Part shown: positions 10,753-19,123 of the stretch, piece after piece
Layout of the letters: each line of letters begins with the position of its first letter
Numbering within the stretch: the first letter of the stretch is position 1
From: Candidatus Bathyarchaeia archaeon
GTDB taxonomy: Archaea; Thermoproteota; CALKCG01; B24
Length of the DNA stretch: 64,000 nt
NCBI GenBank assembly: GCA_038870975.1
Contig: JAVZJD010000001.1
Location: 32,001-96,000, forward strand
Reading direction: 5' to 3'
Translations under genes and position numbers: made by a program
The notes under the pieces: model-generated
Database searches by the model: none
What the model was told of the DNA's origin: nothing
What the model saw: only the letters and a program-made list of their open reading frames with translations

Positions 10753-11910
10753 ATGAGTCAGAATAGCAGTGTGGTTGAACCAGTAGATGTTCTTGAAATC
10801 CTCTGGAAGACGTTAAAAGACAATTATCCGATGATGGAGTACGCTGGTGTTTTAGATGATAGTTGGCTTGACGAATATAGGAGGAAAATCGTGGAAGTGT
10901 CTGACTGGGCTTCGGCGTACAGGCTTATGGAAGAGCTTGTGAATAGGCTGAATGATTATCATACGCGTCTTGAATGGCCTGGGAAGCCGACTCTATTGAC
11001 GCCACCTGTTAAACTTGCATTTGTAAAGGAAGGACTTATAGTTGTCGCTGAAGCTGATTCATCAACATCTCTTAAACCCGGGGATATTGTTTTGGCAGTT
11101 GACGGTATAGATGCTATGGTTTTGTTTCGAACGCTTCTGAAGAGAGCCTTTGGTGCAACGGTTTATGCGAAGAGAAATTGGGCTTTAAACCAGATGTTGA
11201 TAGGTGACCCTGAAAGCCCTGTAGAGCTGACTGTTTGTAGGCATTATGAAGGGGTTTTTAACGTTAGGCTTGTGAGAAGGAAGGAGTTGAGAGAGGATAG
11301 CGTAGTATCCTATAGAATGCTTGATGGAGGAGCTGGCTACATTAGAATCGCTGCTTTCACGGAGGGAGCTGGTTTTATAAAAATTTTTGATGACGCGCTT
11401 GAAAACCTCAGAGAAGCCAAATGTCTAGTGATAGATGTTAGAGATAATGGGGGTGGCTCAGATGGGCTTGCTGAAGCAGCTATAGGTCGGTTCATAGATC
11501 GACCCGTCCTATGCAGTATAAACTTTCAGAGGAGACCTGGAACAGACGTGTATGATAAGTTCATAGCTATTGCCAAGCCTAGAGGACCCTGGCAGTATAA
11601 GGGTAGAGTAGCAGTTCTCATAAACGCTGGTTGCTGTAGTGCATGTGAACATTTTGTCTCAGGTATGAAGGAGGCTGGTGCATTACTCGCTGGAGAACCT
11701 ACTACTGGTGCATGTGGTTGGAGTAGACCTATAGATCTGCCTGGAGGAGCCATATTATACGTCTCTAAGACCTTCCCTATACATGGAAAAACCCCGTCGC
11801 CGTTAAATGGAATAAAACCTCATATAAAAGCTACACCCAGGCTAAAAGACCTTCAAGCAGGTAGAGATGTAGCATTAGAGGCGGCCTTAAAGACGCTGCT
11901 GAGTTCTTAA
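10753..11910 (+). CDS. S41 family peptidase with PDZ-like domain
   Basis: GYIRI, IDVRDNGGG, SACE catalytic region, GEPTTG, GIKPH. Confidence 0.85.
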   Translation: MSQNSSVVEPVDVLEILWKTLKDNYPMMEYAGVLDDSWLDEYRRKIVEVSDWASAYRLMEELVNRLNDYHTRLEWPGKPTLLTPPVKLAFVKEGLIVVAEADSSTSLKPGDIVLAVDGIDAMVLFRTLLKRAFGATVYAKRNWALNQMLIGDPESPVELTVCRHYEGVFNVRLVRRKELREDSVVSYRMLDGGAGYIRIAAFTEGAGFIKIFDDALENLREAKCLVIDVRDNGGGSDGLAEAAIGRFIDRPVLCSINFQRRPGTDVYDKFIAIAKPRGPWQYKGRVAVLINAGCCSACEHFVSGMKEAGALLAGEPTTGACGWSRPIDLPGGAILYVSKTFPIHGKTPSPLNGIKPHIKATPRLKDLQAGRDVALEAALKTLLSS

Positions 11911-12318
11911 AATCCCCGTTTAGATACGTAAGTTTTCTAGTAGTAGTTAGCAAATCTTTAGCCCTTAATGATTTTTTATTAGTATATTGCAAGAGCCCAG
12001 CCTCAGGCTCTCCGTATGACCTCGCTCCCGTTTACTCCCACTTCTTTAGTCTCTCTTTAAACTCAACTGAAATCTTACTGATGACTTTTAACAAGCTTAT
12101 CCATATAGTGACAGCGAAAATAACACCTTGACAACAGTACATATATTTAAAGGAAGTAGACTCTTCCTTCTAAGAAAGATCTTTACGTGGGTAATTTGAG
12201 GTTTCTTCACTTAATATTCAACATGACAAGTTAATAGCATATGAAAAATGTGTAGATGGTTTCTTCAAGTGGGAGTACTTATACAAGTCCGTCCATGTTA
12301 GACTCTTCTAAAGATGTG

Positions 12319-13392
12319 CTATCTTCTGAGGGGTCTGCGACCGTATTTGTTGACGAGTTGAAAGTATGCTTCGAGGTTTTCTATGGGGACGTTGTCTGGG
12401 ATTGAGCCTGATACGTTTATGAAGTATCCTGGGTGTGAGCCGGCTGCTGTTAGACATCGTTTAACCTCCTTCTCTACGTCTTCTACTGTTCCGTATGTGA
12501 GAGTGCTTATATCAACTCCGCCTATTATAACCTTATCGTTACCGTATTTTTCGGCGATGTGTTTTAAGTCGCAGCACTCTTCTATTATGAATCCGTCTGC
12601 ACCTGCTTCAGCGATGTCGTCGACTATACTGGTCATATTTCCATCTGTGCAGAAGAGGATTATAATGCCTTTTGATTTGAGTTCGCTCCAGAGCCTCTTG
12701 TACCATGGGAATATGTGTTTACGCATCCACTCATGTGGGAAAAATGGGCCTTGAGTTCCACATATATCGTCGTGGCTTATGAAGGCTTTTATGTCTGTTT
12801 GAGCCCAGGCTTTTGCTTGAATTAGGCTGAGTTCGCCGAATCTGTCTAGGAGCTTTTTGAATCGTTTGGGTTCGTAGTATGCGGCTTTAATGGTCCATTT
12901 GAGTCCGAATAGCATTATGAGCCACATGAGACATGTGAGGTATGTTCCTCCGGGTACTAGTTGGCTTTTGTATGTGGTTTGCATTCGGCTGTGTGTTTTC
13001 TGGAAGTGTTCAATCAATTCGTTTATGTTGGGTATTTCCCATGTTTCAAAGGGGTTGAACTCTAACACTTCGTCGATGGTTTTGACTGTGAATGTTTCAT
13101 GCCAGGTTGTCGGGAATGCTTTAGACCATGAGTCTGCTCTTACTGTGAAGTGGTCGCCTCTGTTCTTTGCTGAGCTCCATGGGTGGAGTGGGTCGTATGT
13201 GAACCATATCATGTCTAGGTCGAGCTTATGGTAGGTTTTGCTTAAAGCTTCTTCTGGGTGTTTGAGGGGGTTTAAACCGGAGAGTTTGGCGATGAAGTCT
13301 GTATGCTGTATGAATTCGACTTGTGCTACTCTATCGCTCTCTTCGAGGTTTAGGGTTGAGATGGCGCGTTCGTAGCACATGTGTGTAGGCAA
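12319..13392 (-). CDS. Uroporphyrinogen decarboxylase family (MtaA/CmuA-like) protein
   Basis: HDDICG, FCTDGN, IIGGVD, GTVEDVEKEV, VPIENL. Confidence 0.8.
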   Translation of the reverse strand: MPTHMCYERAISTLNLEESDRVAQVEFIQHTDFIAKLSGLNPLKHPEEALSKTYHKLDLDMIWFTYDPLHPWSSAKNRGDHFTVRADSWSKAFPTTWHETFTVKTIDEVLEFNPFETWEIPNINELIEHFQKTHSRMQTTYKSQLVPGGTYLTCLMWLIMLFGLKWTIKAAYYEPKRFKKLLDRFGELSLIQAKAWAQTDIKAFISHDDICGTQGPFFPHEWMRKHIFPWYKRLWSELKSKGIIILFCTDGNMTSIVDDIAEAGADGFIIEECCDLKHIAEKYGNDKVIIGGVDISTLTYGTVEDVEKEVKRCLTAAGSHPGYFINVSGSIPDNVPIENLEAYFQLVNKYGRRPLRR

Positions 13393-13762
13393 TTCTGTTG
13401 GTTTGATTTTATTGTTTATATGTTTTTCCTCGGTTTATGTGTTTGAAGGTTTTGGGTGTGTTAAGCTTCTTTTTTTTCTGTTTTTCTTAGCCTACCCCCT
13501 CTAGTTTTTTCCATTATATATAAGGCTGTTATATCCATTGTGTGTTTTGTAATTTTCTTGTGGGGTATTGTGGTTATTTCAGTTCATTGGCTTGTGATAC
13601 TTGGTATTTTACGCTATCTGGTGGCTGTTGGAGCTTGTACTTAGTGTTCTACGCGGTGTTGAGTTGCTTCGGATTATTTCCGGCCTACTTCGTCTTAAAT
13701 ACTCATAGGTTTAAATTATAAACAATATCTTTATATCGAATGTTTAGAATAGAAACTAAGGA

Positions 13763-14197
13763 ATGTCTGAAGAGGTTTCATGTAAAGCGCCGCAGAAAAT
13801 GCTACCGGTATGCGGGAAAGAGGCGGAAAACCTCTATATAATCTTAGCCTGTGGAGGTGCGGCTAACGTAGGGTTGATAGGCTACCTTGCTGCAGTGGAA
13901 TTGACTAGAGAAGGGGAGGCTAGGATGTGTTGCATTACTCCTGTAGGAGCTGGGATACCATACTATGTAGATATAATGAAGAGGGCGAAGAAGTTGATAG
14001 TTGTAAATGGATGTCAAAATCAATGTGCTAGAAAAGTAGTTGAGCAAGCTGGGATTGATAAAATAGATTACAATTTTACTGTCGCAGATATTATAAAGAA
14101 ATCTCCTACATTTGATATTAATAATGAAGACGTTAAGCTTGTTATGGATAAAATAAGAAAAGAAGCATTACATAATGATGTTAAAAATAATAGCTGA
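13763..14197 (+). CDS. DGC-domain putative zinc-binding protein
   Basis: ACGGAANVG, MCC, VNGCQNQCA. Confidence 0.8.
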   Translation: MSEEVSCKAPQKMLPVCGKEAENLYIILACGGAANVGLIGYLAAVELTREGEARMCCITPVGAGIPYYVDIMKRAKKLIVVNGCQNQCARKVVEQAGIDKIDYNFTVADIIKKSPTFDINNEDVKLVMDKIRKEALHNDVKNNS

Positions 14198-14358
14198 TAT
14201 AAAAACTAAAAGTTAAACATAATATTTTAAATGAATTTCTAAATACAAGTAAAAATTGAAAAATAAAAATATTAGCTCTTAGCAATTTAATTATTAACTT
14301 TGAATTATACATAGCTTACACTTCCAATCACATATTTCTTAAATAGAACTTTCTATCT

Positions 14359-14877
14359 ATGTATTCAGACGGAGCAAAACCTAACACTTATTATTTACCT
14401 AGTGAAAATTGCATTTTGATGCTTGTTTTGCGTTTTCCATGGTCTTATTGGTCTCCACGTAGGGAGGCTGTGGTGCTTATACTGTTATTTGCATTGTTTA
14501 TAGTTGGGCTTAGGTCTTACTTTGCGTTCTGCGACTATGTGTATGATACTTTATACGATGCTCTAGAAGATACGGCGGCTACGCTTAAGGGCTTCTGGCT
14601 CGGCAACTTCACACTACCAGCCGTTACTATGCCTCCAAGATACGGCTTCAACATGACGTACCAATTCCAGGTGAACGAGACTCAGGCGGAAATGCTTAAA
14701 CAGTGGGGCTACAGGGCTAGAGTACTATTCTGGGGCGGCTGCACACTGCAAGGCACGTTTCACTTTCTAGAAAACTACAGAATCAACATCTCAACCAAAC
14801 ACCACTTTTCTCTTGAGTACTTCCCGATAATAGACATAAAAGTAGTCTACGTAGCCTACATATGCTCGGGACCTTAA
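14359..14877 (+). CDS. Hypothetical membrane-anchored protein (possible cargo of the integrated element)
   Basis: 172-aa ORF with one TM segment; true start may be downstream; no recognised domain. Confidence 0.45.
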   Translation: MYSDGAKPNTYYLPSENCILMLVLRFPWSYWSPRREAVVLILLFALFIVGLRSYFAFCDYVYDTLYDALEDTAATLKGFWLGNFTLPAVTMPPRYGFNMTYQFQVNETQAEMLKQWGYRARVLFWGGCTLQGTFHFLENYRINISTKHHFSLEYFPIIDIKVVYVAYICSGP

Positions 14878-15185
14878 AGACGTAAAAGCATAAATCGAGA
14901 ACATAATCGCCCGAGATGAAAATGTGAAAGCACTGGCAGACTACTCGCAGTACACAGACGCGTAGCACCCACTGGCGGAAGCATTAGAATAAACGTGTTC
15001 AGTGATGAACTTTAACAATGTTCAGATAGTTATTTTACTACTCTGATTTTTTACGTTTTGAGGGGGCTCGACGAGCATTGCCTGTTTTCTACAATCTTCT
15101 TCGTCTTCACTTTTGTTTAGTTTCCTTTAACCAGAGCGATGTTGCTTATAAAAAAATGATGAGAAATTCATTTGTTAAAGTGCTT

Positions 15186-15692
15186 CTAAGTTGCATCAGC
15201 AGATGTTTGCTTGAACCTTTCCTCTAACCCATATTTTACTGATGATGGTCCCAGCATTTTATCAAATTTCACGTGCATTACTTGTCCAGGTATCTTGAAG
15301 CCAGCCGCCGATTTCACAATTGCCTCGCCAGGTGGTAGGGCCCCGAGAAGGCTGGCAAAAGTTTCCCCTAAATCTTCAATGATCCTCTTTCTATCAACGT
15401 CTTCAACGTTGAAGCATACAAAGTTCTGCTAAAGCTCTGTTGTTACGGCCTTGCTTACTAAGCTTAACCTTCTTGCCACAAGCCATAGTGGGCAGCCATT
15501 TCTTCCTCCCTCCGTCGCCAATCTCATCCAAACTGGGTCTATTTCCCCTCCATAAAACTTCTCAGGCGCTATTCTATGGGCTTCATCTGAGACAACTATA
15601 CAGCCAAACTCTTTATTCTGCGTTGCCTCCTCCCATATACATTTAGCTAAATATATGCCCATCCTCTTTTTGATTTTCGAGAAACAGTCATA
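15186..15692 (-). pseudogene. HerA/FtsK/VirB4-like ATPase C-terminal remnant
   Basis: Walker B VVSDEAH, TEGGRNG, ARRLSLVS; the frame continues past TAG 15429-15431 to LPPGEAIV. No Walker A present. Confidence 0.7.
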
Positions 15693-16211
15693 CTACAGGC
15701 CCTCTGTGGATTGATGCAGCATATGGATCTGTTTAAGAAACTCATTAACATTATCCGTTGAGAGGACTTTTTCAGATGATATGATAAGGATCAATTGATA
15801 TGGCATCATTGCATTTTGCTGGAACTCTATTTTCAAACCAAATTGCCGTCCAGTTTGCTTCAATTTTTTGATCACTAGATTAAGGTCGTCATAGTTGAAT
15901 ACGTTAAAGGATGTTATAAAAATCATTTTTTCTGCCTCCAATCTTAGATCGCCCTGCACCAGACCCCTATCTATAACAATTTTTATGGCTTTAACAGGTC
16001 CAAGGAACCAGAAATGACCAACATTTGCCGCCCATTCAAGTTGACTCAGGTCAAGTCCATCTCGCCCATATGATCTACCACATGGCGCGATATCTGGATA
16101 ACCCTCCCTCTCGAGTAAAACATTCTCTGGATTTGAGGAAAAAACACCCTTCCGGCAAAGTTCACTAATTACGGAATAAACGACTTTTGGATTCAAACCT
16201 GAAGTGCTCAC
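15693..16211 (-). CDS. Hypothetical protein (integrated element)
   Basis: 172-aa ORF with GGAGG SD before the GTG start. Confidence 0.6.
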   Translation of the reverse strand: MSTSGLNPKVVYSVISELCRKGVFSSNPENVLLEREGYPDIAPCGRSYGRDGLDLSQLEWAANVGHFWFLGPVKAIKIVIDRGLVQGDLRLEAEKMIFITSFNVFNYDDLNLVIKKLKQTGRQFGLKIEFQQNAMMPYQLILIISSEKVLSTDNVNEFLKQIHMLHQSTEGL

Positions 16212-16250
16212 ATGTCCTCCCTACTTTAAACTGTTATTTAAATAAATAAC

Positions 16251-16511
16251 ATGACGCACGGGTGGCAAATGATTGAAAGCAGGTATGTGAATCCCGTGAA
16301 ACTATACATCGTTGATTCAATCGGAGAGAGAAGTTGCGAGCACGAGTTTGACACATCACTTAGCCAGAGAGTTACTAGTGGGATTAAGGAGGTTGACAAT
16401 GGGGTAGATGAAGTACTGCGCTTTAAGAGCTATTATTCGAGAAGATTCTGCATTTTAAATATTCCAGATGTTGGTAAAAGGTCTGATAGTGCCGTGAAAG
16501 AGGCTACTTAA
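16251..16511 (+). CDS. Small hypothetical protein (integrated element)
   Basis: 86-aa ORF upstream of the primase, divergent from 15693-16211. Confidence 0.35.
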   Translation: MTHGWQMIESRYVNPVKLYIVDSIGERSCEHEFDTSLSQRVTSGIKEVDNGVDEVLRFKSYYSRRFCILNIPDVGKRSDSAVKEAT

Positions 16512-16576
16512 GGGTTGCTCTAATAGCGGAGTACGCCTATAAGTATCGTATGAAGAGGTAATGGAGGAGGATTGAC

Positions 16577-17613
16577 GTGAGCCTGTATGAAAAGCTTTTG
16601 TTTAGAAACATGCCGAAGCCTGAAGAATTTATTCTGAAGACTGGTAGAGACTACTGGATCCCAGGTAAGGGGCGTGGAAGTAGCTACAACATGCTTTTGA
16701 CACCTGAAAACTTCAATGAGTGGTATAGCACGGTTAAAGAACGGGGTAGAGCGTGGATATCGGTATGTTACTACGCGGCTGAAACGGACAGCAAGATGAA
16801 TTTGACTTGTAAGCCCAGCACATTTGACACAGTAGTATACGACTTCGATATACCTCTTCCTAAAGAGCAGTGCATAAGGCTTAGAGAGGAAGACCCTGAC
16901 CGCTTCAACAGTCTTCTCGAGAAGGTTAGAATCGAAGCTTTAAGACTATACTGGCACCTCTCTAACAGGTTCAACTGTACGCCTATGCTTGTATTCACGG
17001 GTAATAGGGGATATCAAGTGTGGCTACTACTTGAAAAACTCTACCAGCCATATACTACAAGATGGCCTTCCGCTATTATCTCACGGGTCTAACTTTCGAT
17101 AAAGAGCTTGATACTCAAACCGCAGACCAGGCTAGACTTATTAGAGTCCCATACACTAGGCATGAGCATGGAGGATTGGCCGTACCTTTAAACCCTAAGA
17201 CGTTGAAGCCTCTGAAGCTTGAAGAGGTCGTCTCTGAGCTTAAGCCAGCAACCACACAGACTCTAGAGGAGCTGATAGGTGTAGAGCCTCTCGAAATACC
17301 TAAGCCGATATCGATTGATGTGAAGAGAGGTAGTAAAATACGTCCATGTATTGCATCGGCTTTAAAACAGCCCCTACATGGTGGAAGTGGACATTTAATG
17401 AGACTTGCCATAGCGGTCGAATACCTCAGCATGGGATATCACGTAGATCAGGTCGTTGAACTATTCAAAAGCCAGCCAGACTTCAGTGAGAAACTCACAC
17501 GTTACTACATAGAGCATGCTAAGAAGAAAGGGTATAAACCCTTCAAATGTATGACCATACGTAGACTAGGCTATTGTCTAAGCGAATGCCCAATTGGAAA
17601 GAAGGAGGTGTAA
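16577..17613 (+). pseudogene. Archaeo-eukaryotic primase, PriS catalytic domain fused to PriL-type Fe-S C-terminal domain; frameshifted
   Basis: YDFD (motif I), FTGNRGYQVW (II), ARLIRVPYT (III), then RPCI..GHLMR..PDFSEKLTRYYIEH..KPFKC..GYC..EC. A -1 shift at the A5 run 17034-17038 joins the two ORFs. Confidence 0.75.
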
Positions 17614-17622
17614 AGCTAAGGT

Positions 17623-17808
17623 TTGACGAAGCTCCAATGCTCCAATAGAAGCAGACGAAATAAGAGTTCAAACTACAGGATAGAACTTACCGTAAAGAAG
17701 CTTCTACTTGAAGCCTTGGAGGAAAAAGACCCTGAAAGAGCTGTCGAATTATTTTTAGCGGCTAGACTTATCAAGACATCGCATGAGAATATGACTGGAT
17801 CTTCTTAG
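17623..17808 (+). CDS. Small hypothetical protein
   Basis: 61-aa ORF following the primase, overlapping the integrase 3' end. Confidence 0.3.
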   Translation: MTKLQCSNRSRRNKSSNYRIELTVKKLLLEALEEKDPERAVELFLAARLIKTSHENMTGSS

Positions 17809-18736
17809 TTAATTCCTTCAAGTACCGTGTGTACTTGGGATAATGTTGGTCGGCCTGTTCTCTGAGCCACATGTAGTGTCTACCTCCTATGGTTCTAGGT
17901 TTACGTCCGTTTATGAAGTCTGCAACGGTTTCGGGAATTCCTGAGAGAACCATCTTGTTGTATGCGAATTTCCTTACATATTTCAGTTTCACGAGTTCCA
18001 CATGCCTATGAATGAAACTTTTAACGGTATTTCTGCACGGCACGTTCCCACTTTCAGCTAATTCTCTAACCATTTTAGCTGTTTCATCTCTCATATACAC
18101 ATATAACCCAGACTTAGTACCTCTCTCCAGTCCAAGTGTATACCTCGAAAACCCTCTCAGACTTTCAAGCCTGTCAGGGTTAAATACTCTAAGCATATGC
18201 AATATGTGAGCTTGTCTGAGGCCACTATCAAGCGTAACCTGGTATAAGACGTAATATTTGAACTCATAATTCTTAAGTTTGATAAACGTTTCGATGAGTT
18301 CAGGCTCCTCAATCTCTTTGTAATCCACTCCCGTTCTAATTTTAGGTATAGCTTTCCTTAGTCTATTCAGAAAATCCTCAGGATAACTTTCCACGACTTC
18401 GTAGAAGTTGAATAAGTTTCTAAGAGCTTTATCTAGGTGGTCTCTTCCTCTTTCACATGAGCTGAATAATTTGATTACATCTTCGGGACATGATATGATG
18501 CTCACGTATTTGTCTAGATAGCTCATCATGTCTCTAATGTACTCCCTACTCCTGCCCTTAGATTCCATGAACTTGATAAACCTGTCCTTAACATCCTCAC
18601 CCCATCTAATAGCTAAGTCGGCTTTTAGAGGCAAACCTTTAAGAGCCCTCTCAGCTATCCCATACGCCTTTATCAGCCGCTCCACGGTAAAACCACCGTT
18701 TAAATCGAAGGACGGTCCTAGGACCGTCCCATCCAT
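17771..18736 (-). CDS. SSV1-type tyrosine integrase, C-terminal (IntC) part
   Basis: DSGLR, KYVRKF, DFINGR, GGRHY catalytic motifs; the frame stays open upstream through the tRNA to 18838. Confidence 0.85.
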   Translation of the reverse strand: MDGTVLGPSFDLNGGFTVERLIKAYGIAERALKGLPLKADLAIRWGEDVKDRFIKFMESKGRSREYIRDMMSYLDKYVSIISCPEDVIKLFSSCERGRDHLDKALRNLFNFYEVVESYPEDFLNRLRKAIPKIRTGVDYKEIEEPELIETFIKLKNYEFKYYVLYQVTLDSGLRQAHILHMLRVFNPDRLESLRGFSRYTLGLERGTKSGLYVYMRDETAKMVRELAESGNVPCRNTVKSFIHRHVELVKLKYVRKFAYNKMVLSGIPETVADFINGRKPRTIGGRHYMWLREQADQHYPKYTRYLKELTKKIQSYSHAMS

Positions 18737-18779
18737 AGAGTTAAAATAGCCCAGATTTAAGCTTATTTCGTCAGAAAGA

Positions 18780-18853
18780 TGCGGTGGGCGGGATTCGAAC
18801 CCGCGAACCCCGCCGTGGCAGGGCGGTATCTTACCAGGCTAGACCACCACCGC
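18780..18853 (-). tRNA. tRNA-Gly (GCC), no intron, CCA not encoded
   Basis: GCGGTGG/CCACCGC acceptor stem, CCGCC-CTGCCAC-GGCGG anticodon arm, GGTTCGAATCC T-arm. Confidence 0.97.
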
Positions 18854-18879
18854 ATCTAGAAGGAAGAAAGCTTAGGGGG

Positions 18880-18895
18880 AGATATAAGCTTTAAT
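18880..18895 (-). promoter_or_regulatory. BRE/TATA promoter of tRNA-Gly
   Basis: AAAGCTTATATC on the minus strand ~30 nt upstream of the tRNA. Confidence 0.55.
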
Positions 18896-18903
18896 TTTTA
18901 AGT

Positions 18904-19119
18904 TTATTCAGTTAAAAGCTCCACTTTCATCGTATCTTTCTGATATCTTGTGACTCTGACTATTCCATTTACTTCGAGTTTAAGAAGTATCTTCATAAGC
19001 TGGTTGAAGCTGAGCTCTTCATATTGTTCTTTGAGTTTTTCAAAGAGTTCTTTGTCTGTTAGACCGCCCGGGTTTTTGATTAAAAGCTCTACTACGGCTG
19101 TGTGCAATGGAATCCTCAT
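18904..19119 (-). CDS. Small winged-helix protein downstream of cdc48
   Basis: GLTDKELFEKL...LLKLEVNGIVRV wHTH pattern; starts 4 nt after the cdc48 stop. Confidence 0.7.
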   Translation of the reverse strand: MRIPLHTAVVELLIKNPGGLTDKELFEKLKEQYEELSFNQLMKILLKLEVNGIVRVTRYQKDTMKVELLTE

Positions 19120-19123
19120 GTTT

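Larger units (their letters stand above)
15186..18838. mobile_element. Degraded integrated plasmid/provirus at tRNA-Gly (left boundary uncertain)
   Basis: Integrase abutting the tRNA 3' end, primase, HerA-like remnant and several lesions; no second att copy found. Confidence 0.7.

Noticed and set aside
14100-15180. Second att site or replication origin for the integrated element
   Set aside because: No copy of the tRNA 3' end and no ORB or iteron repeats found by eye; only AT-richness.
10175-15695. Several in-frame TAG codons (PaREP1, HerA-like) hinting at amber recoding or pyrrolysine
   Set aside because: TAG ends conserved genes here (rtcB after VVKG), the affected genes carry other lesions, and TGG/CAG-to-TAG changes are simple nonsense mutations; no pyl genes seen.
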